From Cenococcum geophilum (lineage: Eukaryota): 64,000 nucleotides of DNA. The notes under the pieces were generated by a model. The model was not told the origin of the DNA. It made no database searches and saw only the letters and a program-made list of their open reading frames with translations. The stretch covers positions 19,716,001 through 19,780,000 of the forward strand of contig CP158635.1 of the NCBI GenBank assembly GCA_050273025.1. The letters run 5' to 3'. Shown here one piece after another: positions 62,381 through 64,000 of the stretch. The first letter of the stretch is position 1, and every line of letters begins with the position of its first letter. The position numbers and the translations under genes are program-made.

Positions 62381-62435
62381 GCAGGTTGCGTGTAGGTTGC
62401 GTGCAGGTTGCGCGCAGGTTGCGCGCAGGCTGCGT
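62381..62435. repeat. Right subterminal array, 5 x 11 bp (GCAGGTTGCGY)
   Basis: Five consecutive units about 100 bp inside the right TIR. The reverse complement shares the CACGCAA core with the left array. Confidence 0.88.
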
Positions 62436-62552
62436 GTTAAAAAAACACGACATAGGCTAGTCGGTCGGGTTGCCAAATGCCCTCAACTGCGCGCCAATTG
62501 CGTCAACCACCAACCATTGAGGCCATTGGAAGGGTACCATATTTTGCCGATG

Positions 62553-62974
62553 TTTATTATAGTAGCGTATACCTTTTCCTAGATAATCTCGTTAGGCTTA
62601 ATACAAAGAATTGTATTTAAGAGAGGTAGGAACTATTTAATATTAAAGCCGTTAGAATTAACTGCTAAATTAAGTCTTAATAGATTACTAAAAAGGCTTT
62701 TATTACTACCGTTAAATAGTAATAAATAAGAAGTAGAAAGGCTCTATAGAGCGAGTATTAGATTAAGTAAAATATCCTTTAGTTCTACAAGCGTTAAATA
62801 GAGCTTACACTAGGTAAATTAACGGTTACCTTTATTACTTATCTAACGCGACGCATTTAAAGAGTTAGAGACACCTAGATCCTTATAAGTTGAGTTAAAT
62901 AAATTATAAAAACCATTTAGTCCCTCTCCGATAGGTTTTATTTTAATTATCTTTAATTTAAAGAGATTTGCCAT
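62553..62974 (-). pseudogene. FunK1 kinase copy 1, 5' portion
   Basis: ATG at 62974, MANLFKLKIIKIKPIGEGLNGF..., an intron, then ...KPNEII*EKVYATII. It is homologous to 38356-38775, and upstream homology to 37720-38350 continues to ~63480. Confidence 0.88.
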
Positions 62975-64000
62975 TATGGGAGAACGCGCTAAGAGCTATA
63001 TTAGGAGGGCCGATGTAGTAGGTGGGTAGGTAGGCAATAAGGGGAGATTAAGGAGGCTAGTATATAACGGAGGGTATAATAGTAGAGAAGTAAATAAGTG
63101 TAGGGAGGTTAAGGACACATTAAGCGCGTCTTGTAATAAGGAAATGATAAGGAAAAAAAGGTAAAAAAGAAAGTAAGGTGCGAGAGAGATAGATTAAAGA
63201 TTAGGCGTAGAAAAGTTAAGCCGATCTAATATGGCTTAGACTAAGGCTTTATAGAGCTTAGTTAAATACTAAGCCACAATAACTAAAAATGCGATGGTCT
63301 ATGACTAATTATACCTATTAGTTTTAGTTTGTTCCGTAACGTATAAGGCTCTAATATAGTGGGGCTCTTATATAGCGGGGCTCTTATAAAGAGAGCGGGT
63401 TAACTATAGGGTTGATCCTATAAGCGCCTATAAACGATTATATAGCTAGTCCTAAAACGAGCTAAACCTAATATACTAAATATAGTCGCTAGCGAAACCG
63501 GCTTCCCCTTAAGCGTAGCTGTTGTAAACTTTTTATATAAGGGGCTTATAGCTTTAGTGGTGAAAAGTTACTAGTATATTTTAACCGGGTTATAGGTAGG
63601 CGATAAAGGTAAATCCCTATAAAGCTGTTATATTCTATAAACATTTATTAACCAACACTGGCTTAGTAGCTAGGATAAAAAACTCTAGACTAGAGAGCGA
63701 CTAGACTTAAACATATAATAGCGGAACGTAGTTCTGCTCGCTTTAGATACTAAGCTTAGTTAGATCTATTAACTTATTACTAATTAAGTATATAAATGCG
63801 GTAAACACTTACTATAAAGGGCAGGGCTAGTTTAAGCTTAAATTTAACAATAAGTAAACATATAATAACTAAAGAGCGTACTATTTAAGCTAATAAATTT
63901 CCTCCTTAATTCTATAGACTTCTCTTTTTTTTTTTTTTTAATCCGATTGTATTATACTACGTATAATACTGCGCATGCAGCCTCTAGGCTATGGCGCTAC

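Larger units (their letters stand above)
9945..62552 (-). mobile_element. Giant (52.6 kb) TIR element with Plavaka-type transposase, inserted in the FunK1 kinase gene
   Basis: The left end TATCGGGAAAATAT (9945-9958) matches the right-end reverse complement CATCGGCAAAATAT (62539-62552) at 12/14, with one difference a RIP-type C>T. TT is duplicated at 9943-9944 and 62553-62554. Removing the element rejoins the kinase in frame. Confidence 0.85.
1550..63950. other. RIP-mutated AT-rich transposon island
   Basis: TA is in pervasive excess and CA/TG is lost. Recognisable protein motifs carry TAA/TAG where CAA/CAG/TGG are expected. Paralogous segments differ mainly by transitions. Confidence 0.93.

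Noticed and set aside
1551..62582. Short ORF-track entries inside the island as functional genes, or stop-codon reassignment
   Set aside because: The stops coincide with RIP-type CAA/CAG/TGG/CGA mutations, and other conserved residues show the same transitions. These are fragments of pseudogenes or chance ORFs.

Overview
Fungal (filamentous ascomycete-type) genomic DNA. One intact, GC-rich ankyrin-repeat gene (3' part, <3-1313) borders a ~62 kb AT-rich island (~1550-63950). The island has the hallmarks of repeat-induced point mutation (RIP): CpA/TpG depleted, TpA enriched, and Gln/Trp codons turned into stops. The ORF track is therefore almost uninformative there, and genes were read by eye after reversing C>T/G>A changes. 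The island is a nested stack of mobile elements. (1) An outer relic carries a convergent AAA-ATPase / FunK1-kinase gene pair. (2) That kinase gene is split in frame by a 52.6-kb insertion (9945-62552) with 14-bp terminal inverted repeats, a 2-bp target-site duplication, subterminal repeat arrays and a Plavaka (CACTA/EnSpm-related) transposase. The arms of this insertion also carry a SNF2-like helicase and an Hrr1/ZNFX1-like helicase relic. (3) Inside it lies a ~32-kb Starship-like segment with a DUF3435 tyrosine recombinase first and a Myb/SANT gene last; it carries a second copy of the same AAA/FunK1 cassette. (4) Solo LTRs, MITEs and a Tc1/IS630 transposase are layered on top. Pseudogene coordinates are approximate, and family assignments come from motif recognition rather than database searches.
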